Below are positions 37,676-46,564 of a stretch of 64,000 nucleotides of DNA, in pieces (within the stretch, counting starts at the first letter, position 1; every line of letters begins with the position of its first letter). Below the pieces are notes generated by a model. That model did no database searches and was not told the DNA's origin. It was given only the letters and a program-made list of their open reading frames with translations. The position numbers and the translations under genes were made by a program. Origin of the DNA: Spirochaetia bacterium. GTDB taxonomy: Bacteria; Spirochaetota; Spirochaetia; CAKZLE01. Location: positions 1,856,001-1,920,000 of the forward strand of contig OY782041.1 in NCBI GenBank assembly GCA_963677595.1. Reading direction: 5' to 3'.

Positions 37676-39427
37676 ATGACAGACAAAGAACAGATTGCAT
37701 TGTTGAAGATGCAGGTCTCAGAGTTAAAGAAGGAAAAAGCCCGGTCTGAGAAAGAGCTGAAAGCTGCGAATGCACAGGTTGCAGAATTGACTGAAGATGT
37801 CGAAGTACTCACCCGTGTAGTCCGTTCAGGCAAGGAGAAGCTCCGTCTTGAGCTGTTTCTCAAGTTCGGCAGCTCAAGTGAGAAGTATCGGAAGCTGTTC
37901 AACATCCCGGTAGAACTCCTTGAGAAGCCGGAGAGTGAGCTCAATGACGAGGAGCGGCAGATTGTCGAAGAGGCAAAACAGGCTGTTGATCAGGAGCAAG
38001 AGCCGCCGCGGATGAGGAACCGACATCCGAAACACCGCAAACCCGGTATTGGCGGAGGTCGGCAGACGTTCGATCCGTCCTACCCGCGGGAGCAGCGAGA
38101 ATACCAGCTTGACAAGCTGTGCAGTATCTGCGGTGGTGAGATTCAGGAAATCGAGAATCAGGATGTACACGAACATATTGACGTCATCAAAGAACGGCTG
38201 AAGATTATTCGACAGACCAAGCACAAAGGCTATTGTACCGGTTGTGGTACGGCCTATGACGGGCAGGGAGCGAAGCGCCGGATGATCATGACTGCCAAGG
38301 CTCCTGAGCGGTTTATCCCGGGAGGTCTTGCGGGAGACCGTCTGATTGCTGCCTCTCTGGTTGACAAGTTCTTCTACGGTCTGTCAGTGACCCGAATCGC
38401 AAAACAGTTCAGACAGTTTGGTGTAGCACTCAGTGAGCAGAACTTCTCGAACTGGCACCTGCGTGCCGGTATGGAGCTTGAGCCCATCGCTACGGCCATC
38501 AAGAATGAGATTCTCAGGCAGCCTGCGATCAATGCTGACGAAACACGTCTGCAAGTACTTGATGAGAAGGATCGAGCTGATGAGCTGAAATCCTGGCTGT
38601 GGGTCATCTGCAGTGCGACACCAGATCGGCCGGCTGCCTACTTCCAATATGACCGATCCCGGTCAAGTGATGTGTTCAAGGATATCGTCGATGGATACGA
38701 CGGGTTTGTGCAGGCAGACTGCTATACAGGCTACCAGGCAGAGAAGCAACACTACCAGTATACGCTGGCTCTCTGTATCGCTCATCTTCGGAGGCGGTTC
38801 GTTGATGCACAGAAGGCAGGTGGGTACCAGAGCGGATCCGACGGCCATAGTACGCTGAATAAAATTCTTCGACTGATCGGGCAGATCTACAAAGTCGATG
38901 CTGCTCACCGCGTCCGGTGGCAGGATGAGCAGAGTATCAGTGAACAGCAGTTCCTCAACGATCGAAAAACTGATACCCTGCCGCTGTTTGAAAAACTCTC
39001 CGCCTGGATTACCGGACGGTATGATTTACATACCAATGACAGCTATATCATGGATGGCATGAACTACTACCTCAACCATGAGCAACTGTTCCAGACGTAT
39101 CTCGCATGTGCAAACCTGAATCCAGACAACTCGAGAAGTGAGCGCATTATCAGAGCATTCTCAACAGTCCGCATGAACTCCCTGTTCGCCGGTTCGGTTA
39201 CCGGTGCGAAGGCGCTGGCAACCCTGGAGAGTATCATCCAGACGGCTAATCTCTGGGACCTGGACCTGTATGGCTATATGGACTACCTGCTCAAACAGGT
39301 AACCCGTATTCGCGATCTGCCAGTACAGGCGGTAGATTTCACAACCTTCCTCCCATGGAATCTGCCGCTTGACCTGAAAGAAGAATTGGCAGTGAAAACC
39401 ATTACGGTCAAGAAGCAGCGGGAATAG
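37676..39427 (+). CDS. tnpC: IS66 DDE transposase TnpC
   Basis: Coiled coil, FGSSSEK, zinc finger CSICGG...CTGC, NADET, QAD-x-Y-x-GY, CIAHLRRRF, DN-x2-SER-x-IR, FLPW. Confidence 0.93.
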   Translation: MTDKEQIALLKMQVSELKKEKARSEKELKAANAQVAELTEDVEVLTRVVRSGKEKLRLELFLKFGSSSEKYRKLFNIPVELLEKPESELNDEERQIVEEAKQAVDQEQEPPRMRNRHPKHRKPGIGGGRQTFDPSYPREQREYQLDKLCSICGGEIQEIENQDVHEHIDVIKERLKIIRQTKHKGYCTGCGTAYDGQGAKRRMIMTAKAPERFIPGGLAGDRLIAASLVDKFFYGLSVTRIAKQFRQFGVALSEQNFSNWHLRAGMELEPIATAIKNEILRQPAINADETRLQVLDEKDRADELKSWLWVICSATPDRPAAYFQYDRSRSSDVFKDIVDGYDGFVQADCYTGYQAEKQHYQYTLALCIAHLRRRFVDAQKAGGYQSGSDGHSTLNKILRLIGQIYKVDAAHRVRWQDEQSISEQQFLNDRKTDTLPLFEKLSAWITGRYDLHTNDSYIMDGMNYYLNHEQLFQTYLACANLNPDNSRSERIIRAFSTVRMNSLFAGSVTGAKALATLESIIQTANLWDLDLYGYMDYLLKQVTRIRDLPVQAVDFTTFLPWNLPLDLKEELAVKTITVKKQRE

Positions 39428-40061
39428 TAGGCTCCCAGAAGATCATCACCATAGTCCCAACCATTGGTTCGTGTCCTGCTAGGTGTGGCAGGATACGGTA
39501 ATGGCTGTATCTTCACCTCGCAGATTATAGCATCTCTTTGATTGTGTCTTCAGTGTATGCGGTTTGATGCTCACATTGAGACCTAATTACCTGAATAATT
39601 ATCTAAGAATTATCACTCTTGCTAGAAATATTTGTGCACATGCTGAGCGATTCTTTAGTTTCAGATCTAATACAGAACTTAATATCTTGCCTGAGCATTC
39701 ATCATTATCTATCCCGATGCAAAACGGGAAGCCTGTCATGGGTGTTAAGGATATGTTTGCTGTACTACTTATGGTGAAATATCTTCTTAGAGATGCTGGT
39801 ATATTTGACTCTTTGAAAAGGGAAATCGCGAATTCACTAGACAAACTGGATACAGAACTCACTAGCATATCAATTCAAGAAGTCAAACAAATGATGGGAT
39901 TCCCCAGTAACTGGGAAGCAATGTAATTCCATCCGTATTGAAATAAGCTCTCACTCGCAACCAATTGATCCAGTTTGCTATCAACAAACACATTTCTTGA
40001 GTTTTCTCTTGAATAAAGCAAATAACATAATACAACATATAAAATTCATTGCCCCTTCCAA

Positions 40062-40191
40062 ATGCAGTACGGGGGAGCATCCCTGCTCCCCCGTATGATC
40101 ATGATCGGACTACCCCTAGGTCTGGGACCTGAAGCCCCTCCCTCCAGGGCCCATGCCCCCGCCGAAACCGCTTGCTGCCGTGGTCACCCCG
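40062..40191. repeat. Direct repeat B2 (copy of 35681-35810)
   Basis: Functional 3' end of the 40116 gene plus its hairpin. Confidence 0.95.
40068..40095 (-). terminator. Stem-loop downstream of the 40116 gene
   Basis: TACGGGGGAGCA-TCCC-TGCTCCCCCGTA. Confidence 0.65.
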
Positions 40192-41888
40192 GACTCGTTG
40201 AGCCAGGTGGTAGTCCCGGAAGCGGTGAAGGTGACGGTCTCTGACGAGTCCGTGACGATACTGTAAGCATCATCCTCATCAAGCCCCGGGAGGCTGAACA
40301 GTACTGCCTGGAACCGTGTCTCGGGGGTCACCGAGGCCAGGACGGTGCCGTCGCTGTCAATAAGCTCCACTACCGTTCCTGCAGCAAGGGTGGAGGAGTA
40401 GGTCATCTGGACCGAGTACTGGGTCGAGCTGTCTGACGGTGTCTGGATCATGCCGGTACTGCCAGCGGTGATGAGCGTTCCCCCGCTGATCTCGAAGGTC
40501 CCGTTGTAGTCGAGTGAGCCGTTCCCGCTGCCCGTAGGGCCGTAGACGGTCACCGTCCCGCCGGTCATGATGACCGAACCATTGGAGTCGAGCCCATCGC
40601 CCTCTGCGGTGACTGTCAAGGTCCCGCCGGTGATCTGGAGCAGGTAGTCCCCTGCCTCATCTGATGGCATGCCCCGGCCGAAGCTGCCGGCACTCTCCGT
40701 CCCGCCTGCGGCATTGAGCCCGTCATCGGAGGTGACCAGGTCGATGTTCCCGCCGTTGATGTAGATAGCCTGACTCTCAAGCCCCTCATACGCCTGGGCG
40801 ATGGTGATCTCCCCGTCGTTGATCACAAGGGTCTCATCTGCGTGGATCCCGTCGTCGGTGGTCACGATATAAAAGGTGCCGCCGTCGACCTGGACTGAAG
40901 TATCGCTGTGGATGGCATCATCCGAGGCGTAGATGGTCAGTTCCCCTCCTGTGATGCTTATGTCATTATTGGCTTTCAATCCCTTCTGGTCGATGGAGCT
41001 GCTGTAGGTCCCTGACCCGGTTACGATGGTGATTTCCCCGTCGGTGATGAGCATGGACCCTTCAGCCTGGAGGGCATCACCTGCTGCCTGCAGGGTGAGG
41101 GTACCGCCCTCTATCGCGATATACCCTTCTTCCCCGGCTTCCTCATTGGTTGCCTTCAGGGCATCCCCGTAGGCGGTCACTGCCACATTGCCGTCCCTGA
41201 TGACGATCGAGTCCTTCCCGACGATGCCGTCATCGGCAGAGAGGATGGTGATGTTTCCACTCATGACCGTCACGTCGTCCTTTCCCTGGATGCCGTTGTC
41301 CCGGTTCGCCGTGACAAGAAGCGAACCTGAACCTGAGATGGTCAGGTCATCTTTACTGTAGATGACAGCTGCCCCTTCCTCATTGCCTGTCCCTGAGTCA
41401 ACGTCCTGCAGGCTGTTCTCCGATCCGTCGGCAAGGTAGAGGATCACCTTGTCCGCCTGCTCCACCTCTATGGCGGCAGCACCAGTGCTCGTGATATCGA
41501 CGCCGTCGAGGATGAGGATGACATCATCCTCTGAAGTCGCGTTGACCACTACCTGGCCGTCTGAGATGGTCCCTGACAGCAGGTAGACACCTGCTTCGCT
41601 GATCTCGACTGATTCGTTATCAAGGGTGATGGTATAGTCCGCATCCGCTTCGGTATACTCTGCCAGGTCCTTCTTGCTGTAGTCGAAGACCTCCTCTGCA
41701 GAGAGGGAGGAGACTCCTTCTGCTGTCGTCACTGCAGCAGTAGTGTTGGTTGTCACAGCTGTGACCGTAGATGTCGATGAGTCCAGCTCAGGGGCTGTCT
41801 CTTTGCTGCCCAACCCGAAGATGAGGCCTGTGGTGATCATGATGAGTATGATCAGTATGGGTAAGATCTTGTTCCGTATGGTTTTCAT
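40116..41888 (-). CDS. Cthe_2159/DUF4353-like beta-helix carbohydrate-binding protein, secreted
   Basis: Signal peptide; GVYLLSG, LILDGVDIT, NSL-x-D, IYSKDDL, repeated DG(I/L) and GG-x-I-x-I units, GDGLDSNG, LDYNG. Confidence 0.88.
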   Translation of the reverse strand: MKTIRNKILPILIILIMITTGLIFGLGSKETAPELDSSTSTVTAVTTNTTAAVTTAEGVSSLSAEEVFDYSKKDLAEYTEADADYTITLDNESVEISEAGVYLLSGTISDGQVVVNATSEDDVILILDGVDITSTGAAAIEVEQADKVILYLADGSENSLQDVDSGTGNEEGAAVIYSKDDLTISGSGSLLVTANRDNGIQGKDDVTVMSGNITILSADDGIVGKDSIVIRDGNVAVTAYGDALKATNEEAGEEGYIAIEGGTLTLQAAGDALQAEGSMLITDGEITIVTGSGTYSSSIDQKGLKANNDISITGGELTIYASDDAIHSDTSVQVDGGTFYIVTTDDGIHADETLVINDGEITIAQAYEGLESQAIYINGGNIDLVTSDDGLNAAGGTESAGSFGRGMPSDEAGDYLLQITGGTLTVTAEGDGLDSNGSVIMTGGTVTVYGPTGSGNGSLDYNGTFEISGGTLITAGSTGMIQTPSDSSTQYSVQMTYSSTLAAGTVVELIDSDGTVLASVTPETRFQAVLFSLPGLDEDDAYSIVTDSSETVTFTASGTTTWLNESGVTTAASGFGGGMGPGGRGFRSQT

Positions 41889-41916
41889 GGTAATGCTCCT
41901 TGTTTCCGTTCTTCTT

Positions 41917-42609
41917 CTAGAGGTTCCCGGTCTGCTCCACGAGGTGGAGGTTGATGGCCAGGTTACCGTTCCGTGTCCGTAATGAGTCGATGAACTCCTT
42001 GATGTTCGTCTCCGGTGCGAGTGATACAGCGTAATAGAGGGTGTAGAGGCTCCCCATGGCTGTCATCTTCACCTTCTCGAGGGTGTAGGAGTCGGTATAG
42101 CGGTCCAGGACCTCATTGAGTGCCTGGTCGTAATCGAGGTCCTCAGGGATGGTCACCTGCAGCAGCTTGGGGACTGAGCCTCTCGACTCCCCGAACCGTA
42201 TCTTCTTCAGCAGGAACATCACGGCGCAGAGGATGAGGGTGAAGGCGATGGCATAGAGAGGTACTCCAGCCCCTGCCGCGAGCCCGCCTGCGAGGGTGAA
42301 GAGGATATAGGCTATATCCTTCGGGTCCCCCGGCGCGCTCCTGAACCTGATGATCGAGAAGGCCCCGGCAAGGCTGAAGGCCTTGGCGACATCGCTCCCG
42401 ATGAGCAGGATGATCACCGAGATGACTGCCGGCAGCAGGACGAGGGTCAGCATGAAGTTCCCGGACGCGGCCCCCTCATGGGTCTTTCGGTAGGTGAAGC
42501 TGACCATGGCCCCTACGAGCAGTGCAGCCCCGATAGCTATGAGGATCTCCCCCAATGATAATGACAGTGCCGCTGCCCCGGTCAATGATGCTAATAATGT
42601 CTCAAACAT
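41917..42609 (-). CDS. DUF4956 membrane protein (MgtC-like)
   Basis: AFSLAGAFSIIRFRS-x-PG-x2-KDI; IPEDLDY; LRTRNGNL. Confidence 0.9.
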   Translation of the reverse strand: MFETLLASLTGAAALSLSLGEILIAIGAALLVGAMVSFTYRKTHEGAASGNFMLTLVLLPAVISVIILLIGSDVAKAFSLAGAFSIIRFRSAPGDPKDIAYILFTLAGGLAAGAGVPLYAIAFTLILCAVMFLLKKIRFGESRGSVPKLLQVTIPEDLDYDQALNEVLDRYTDSYTLEKVKMTAMGSLYTLYYAVSLAPETNIKEFIDSLRTRNGNLAINLHLVEQTGNL

Positions 42610-42611
42610 GA

Positions 42612-43406
42612 TTATGCTCCTTTTCGTAATGATATCGAGGGTACTGTCCGGTAGATGTACTGTGTCGGGTCATCTGTATATGGGTACCTCGTTGATGATT
42701 CCTCGATCCCGGTCAGGAAGTTGAGGAACTCGCGTCCGTATTTCGAGAAACTCTGTGAGAAGAGTCCCTGTGCTGAAAGCAGGCTGCCGAGCCACATCGG
42801 CATGCTCTCTGATACCTTCACCTCCATGAGCCAGAGCCCGTCGGGGAGGAGGGGCCTCCCATGGTCCCCTGCCTCGAGGCTGAGGTCTTCCCGCCGTGTC
42901 CTGATGTTGGTATCGAAGGTGATGCGGAGGTCATCCTGCCCGTAGGCCAGCCGGTCGTAGGCGATGTAGACCCTGGGGGAGAGATGATACCGGCTGATGA
43001 AGAAGGAGATCTCATCGAGGACCTGCGGGTTGCAGATACCCGTCTCTTCCGGCTGTATGTTCTGCCCTACCCACCAGTCAGCCTCCTGGATGATGATGGG
43101 GGTCCGTCTCTTATAGACCTTGCCCTTGAACTTCTTCTTGATCTCGAGGTAGGCACGGTCTGTCCGCTCAGGTACCCCGTAGGCCCTCAGCCTCAGTTTT
43201 TCCTTGTAGAGGGGTTTCGAGAGCGATTTCCTGATCAGCTCGTCACCCTCAGTGTCATAATAGAGATTGCAGATCGTATAGAGACCGTGCGCCTGATTGA
43301 AGGAATCCAGCTCTATATGTTCTGCAACCATCCCAGATACCATCTCGAACTGCTCCTGGGTGAGCAGGTACTTCTTCTCATATCTACTGAATACTTCACG
43401 TCCCAT
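42612..43406 (-). CDS. VTC-domain (polyphosphate polymerase / CYTH-like tunnel) protein
   Basis: RYEKKY, NLYYDT, KEKLRLRAY, LEIKKK, Y-x-R-x-A, LRITFD, LMEVK, SFSKY; AGGAGG RBS. Confidence 0.9.
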   Translation of the reverse strand: MGREVFSRYEKKYLLTQEQFEMVSGMVAEHIELDSFNQAHGLYTICNLYYDTEGDELIRKSLSKPLYKEKLRLRAYGVPERTDRAYLEIKKKFKGKVYKRRTPIIIQEADWWVGQNIQPEETGICNPQVLDEISFFISRYHLSPRVYIAYDRLAYGQDDLRITFDTNIRTRREDLSLEAGDHGRPLLPDGLWLMEVKVSESMPMWLGSLLSAQGLFSQSFSKYGREFLNFLTGIEESSTRYPYTDDPTQYIYRTVPSISLRKGA

Positions 43407-43458
43407 GTTCGGCCTCCTGGTAGTTCCGGTTGAACTGACTCTAATAAACAGCTTCAAG

Positions 43459-43475
43459 CTTAAGTGAACCTTAAG
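43459..43475 (-). promoter_or_regulatory. Putative response-regulator box 2
   Basis: CTTAAGGTTCACTTAAG on the minus strand, upstream of the VTC operon. Confidence 0.7.
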
Positions 43476-43521
43476 AATTAACAGGTTTCTCACATTTTTC
43501 ATAATTTTTTTCCTGACATCA

Positions 43522-43554
43522 TTTAAGGTTCGTTTAAGGTTGGGGGGTTAGTCT
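43522..43554 (+). promoter_or_regulatory. Putative response-regulator box 3 plus -10
   Basis: TTTAAGGTTCGTTTAAG-N10-TAGTCT, upstream of the response regulator. Confidence 0.72.
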
Positions 43555-43634
43555 CTTCACGGAGACTGGTGTATACTGACAGGATCCTGGTTGCTGCAGG
43601 TGAAGCCTGAAGAGCCAATCCCCTTGGAGAAGTT

Positions 43635-44306
43635 ATGAGAATACTGCTGGTAGAAGATGATCTTCCCCTCGCCGATGCGGTAGGGCAGATCCTGAAAACT
43701 GAGAAGTTCCTTGTCGATATGGTCCATGACGGGGAGGACGGGCTCGCTTATGCATCCAGGGATATCTATGACCTGGTGGTCCTCGATGTCATGCTGCCGA
43801 AGATGGACGGGTTCAAGGTCTTGAGGACCCTCAGGGATGAGGGGGTAGAGACGCCCGTCCTCATGCTCACCGCACGGGGTGAGGTCGGCGACCGGGTCGA
43901 GGGACTCAACCTCGGTGCGGATGACTACCTCCCGAAACCCTTCGCGACCGACGAGTTGAAGGCACGAGTCCATGCCCTGCTGAGGAGACGCGATAAGTCG
44001 ATGCTCAGCGACCAGCTTGAGTTCGGGGACCTGCATCTCAATAACAGCTCTCTGAAGCTCTCCTGCGGCAGCAGGGAGATCCAGCTCACTGCCAGGGAGT
44101 TCGAGCTGTTCCAGTACTTCGTCCTGAGGAAGGGAATGATCACCCCGAAGGAGATGATCATTGACAAACTCTGGGGATATGACAATGATGCTGTCGATAA
44201 CAATGTGGAGGTCTATATATCATTCCTTCGCAAGAAACTTAAATTCCTACAGTCCAGGGTGACGATCAAGACGACCCGTGGCCTCGGGTACTCGATGGAG
44301 GAGTGA
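43635..44306 (+). CDS. OmpR/PhoB-family response regulator
   Basis: LLVEDD, LDVMLP, MLTA, GADDYLPKPF, VEVYISFLRKKL, RGLGY. Confidence 0.95.
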   Translation: MRILLVEDDLPLADAVGQILKTEKFLVDMVHDGEDGLAYASRDIYDLVVLDVMLPKMDGFKVLRTLRDEGVETPVLMLTARGEVGDRVEGLNLGADDYLPKPFATDELKARVHALLRRRDKSMLSDQLEFGDLHLNNSSLKLSCGSREIQLTAREFELFQYFVLRKGMITPKEMIIDKLWGYDNDAVDNNVEVYISFLRKKLKFLQSRVTIKTTRGLGYSMEE

Positions 44307-44307
44307 C

Positions 44308-45612
44308 ATGCTGTTCAGGCGAATGAGGAACCAGCTGCTCATCATGAATTTGGTGTTCATCACGATCATCATGGCAGCTTCGTTCACGACGATATACCTC
44401 ACGACGAGGAACCAGATCATGCAGGGGATAGAGGTCGAGCTTTCGAGGACGGTGGACTTCCGCTTCGATGAAGCGAAGCTTCCTGTCCCTGCAGATGATA
44501 CCGGCACCGTCCCGGCTCCTGACCAGGGGATCGAGCGGTTCCCGATAGACAAGGATCTCAAGGAGCGAAGCGTCTCCTTCTCTGTACTCGTCAACACCTC
44601 CGATACGATCATATCGGTAAACTCCTTCTACTCAGAAGAGGACTCGTTCTATGAGGAGGCACTCTTCGCAGCCCTTGCTGACGGGAAGGAGGAGGGGACC
44701 TGCAGCTTCGCTGATTCCCGCTGGGCCTATACGGTAGCAGACCGGTTCGGCGGGCAGCTCTACGGCTTCGTCGATATCGACGAACGGCAGGCTATCCTCG
44801 ATAAGCTCCTGCTGACTTTCCTCGGGGTATCGGCAGGGACGCTCCTGCTCATCTTCGGCTTAAGCTACTACCTCACCCAGCGCTCCCTCAAGCCCGCAGT
44901 CGAGGCCTTCGCCAAGCAGAAGGAGTTCATCTCCCATGCCTCGCATGAGCTGAAGACCCCGATGGCGGTCATCGGGGTGAATACCGAGCTCCTGCTGGAC
45001 AGGACCGGGGAGGAGGAGCCGACGGCAGAGCAGAAGAAACGCCTCGAGTTCATGAAGACCGAGGTGCAGCGGATGGGAGGACTCATCAAGAACCTCCTCT
45101 TCCTTGCCAGCCTCGATGAGGGCAGGTCCGCAGCCCAGGGACTGCATGTCCCCTTCGACCTGAGTGATGCGGTCGAGAGCCAGCTGCTGGGCATGGAGGG
45201 GCTCATCTTCGAGAAGGGGCACAACCTGGAATATGACGTGGAACCGGGCCTGGTGACCGTCGGGGTGAAGGAGCAGCTCGTCCAGGTGCTCACGACCCTG
45301 CTGGACAATGCGGTGAAGTATGCAGATGCGAAGAGCACGATCAACGTCGCCCTGGGCAGACAGGGTAACCGGCTGCAGCTGTCAGTCTCGAACCCCGGCA
45401 ATGGCATTCCGGAGGAGGACCTGCCGAGGATCTTCGACCGGTTCTACCGGGGAGACGCCGCACGGGACCGCTCCCAGTCGAGCTACGGCCTGGGGCTGGC
45501 CATCGTGAAGACGATCATCGACGGGCATAAGGGAACCATCGAGTGCCGAAGTGAGCACAGGCCCGGCGGGATCACGACCTTCATCGTCAGGGTTCCGGCA
45601 GCGCGGAAGTGA
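44308..45612 (+). CDS. Sensor histidine kinase
   Basis: 2 TM; ASHELKTP; LLDNAVKY; IFDRFYR; GLGLAI. Confidence 0.95.
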   Translation: MLFRRMRNQLLIMNLVFITIIMAASFTTIYLTTRNQIMQGIEVELSRTVDFRFDEAKLPVPADDTGTVPAPDQGIERFPIDKDLKERSVSFSVLVNTSDTIISVNSFYSEEDSFYEEALFAALADGKEEGTCSFADSRWAYTVADRFGGQLYGFVDIDERQAILDKLLLTFLGVSAGTLLLIFGLSYYLTQRSLKPAVEAFAKQKEFISHASHELKTPMAVIGVNTELLLDRTGEEEPTAEQKKRLEFMKTEVQRMGGLIKNLLFLASLDEGRSAAQGLHVPFDLSDAVESQLLGMEGLIFEKGHNLEYDVEPGLVTVGVKEQLVQVLTTLLDNAVKYADAKSTINVALGRQGNRLQLSVSNPGNGIPEEDLPRIFDRFYRGDAARDRSQSSYGLGLAIVKTIIDGHKGTIECRSEHRPGGITTFIVRVPAARK

Positions 45613-45616
45613 CAGC

Positions 45617-46555
45617 CTAGCGGATGAAGCCGCGGATCGTGGAGATACCGCGTTTCTCGAATGCTTCAGCCACCCGGTCCTGGAGCTCCTTCCCCGGCGT
45701 GAGCGCGACCATGTAGCCGCCCCGGCCTCCGCCGGTAACCTTAGCCCCATAGGCCCCGAGCGAAACTGCGAGATCGCAGAGCTCAATGAGCTTGGGGTGG
45801 GAGAGCCCCATCTCGATGAGGAGTTTGTGGTTCTCGGACATGATGGCACCGACTCGTTCCAGGTCCCCTGATTCCAATGCCTCCCTCAGGCTGTGGACCT
45901 GGGACCTGACCGTCTCGAGCCTCCCATCGAACAACGCAGGGTCCTCTGCCCGCTGGGCTTCCAGGAATCCCTTCAGTTTGGCGGTATTGGCAGTTATTCC
46001 GCTGTTCCCCATGACCACCTCAACCGGTCCGTTCAGCTTCAGGGTCTCAAAATGCTTGGTACCGTCATGCAGTTCGTAGAGGATCGTCCCCCCGAACGTC
46101 GAAACGGTGTTGTCGAGCCCAGAGGGAAGGCCATGGTAGCCGAATTCCCCCCTCCATGCGAAGTAATTCGCCGCGGCATCGTCATAGCCCAGGTTGAAGA
46201 GGCTGCTGCATGCACGTACGAATGAGACGCAGTGTGCGCCGCTTGCCCCGACCCCGCTGCCTGCCAGCAGGTTCCCCGAGAGCCTGACCTGCAGGGAATG
46301 GTCAGACAGACCCATTTCCCCGATCATGGTCTCCATTGCCTGCTCCTGATCTGCAAGCTTCGCCTCTTTGTAGCCGGGCACCTCGATCCTCTGGTCATCT
46401 ATCGTCCAGCCCGGTTCGCCGCCCTCATCAAGGGTGACCGTGCAGACGGTCTCGAAGGGGAGGGAGGCCAGCACTGCCGGGACTCCCTGTATGACGAACT
46501 GGTCCCCGATGAGGATCACCTTCCCGTAGGCCCTGCCTTCAGCACTCTGTTTCAT
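45617..46555 (-). CDS. mvk: Mevalonate kinase (GHMP family)
   Basis: YGKVILIG, GSGVGASGA, HGLPSGLDN, GAKVTGGGRGG. Confidence 0.78.
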   Translation of the reverse strand: MKQSAEGRAYGKVILIGDQFVIQGVPAVLASLPFETVCTVTLDEGGEPGWTIDDQRIEVPGYKEAKLADQEQAMETMIGEMGLSDHSLQVRLSGNLLAGSGVGASGAHCVSFVRACSSLFNLGYDDAAANYFAWRGEFGYHGLPSGLDNTVSTFGGTILYELHDGTKHFETLKLNGPVEVVMGNSGITANTAKLKGFLEAQRAEDPALFDGRLETVRSQVHSLREALESGDLERVGAIMSENHKLLIEMGLSHPKLIELCDLAVSLGAYGAKVTGGGRGGYMVALTPGKELQDRVAEAFEKRGISTIRGFIR

Positions 46556-46564
46556 ACTTGACTC

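Larger units (their letters stand above)
36661..39574 (+). mobile_element. Complete IS66-family insertion sequence (2914 bp)
   Basis: Perfect 22-bp IRs GTGAGCATCAAACCGCATACAC; 8-bp TSD ATTGAGAC (36653-36660 and 39575-39582); three ORFs. Confidence 0.95.
36063..39926 (+). pseudogene. AbiD/AbiF-family (Abi_2) HEPN protein interrupted by IS66
   Basis: Joining 36063-36660 to 39583-39926 restores one 313-aa frame: L-x2-RGL, NYYRL-x-NGY, LY-x-FD-x-ELR, IE, PLW, LTFG, then HEPN RNICAH and MGFP-x-NW. Confidence 0.9.
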
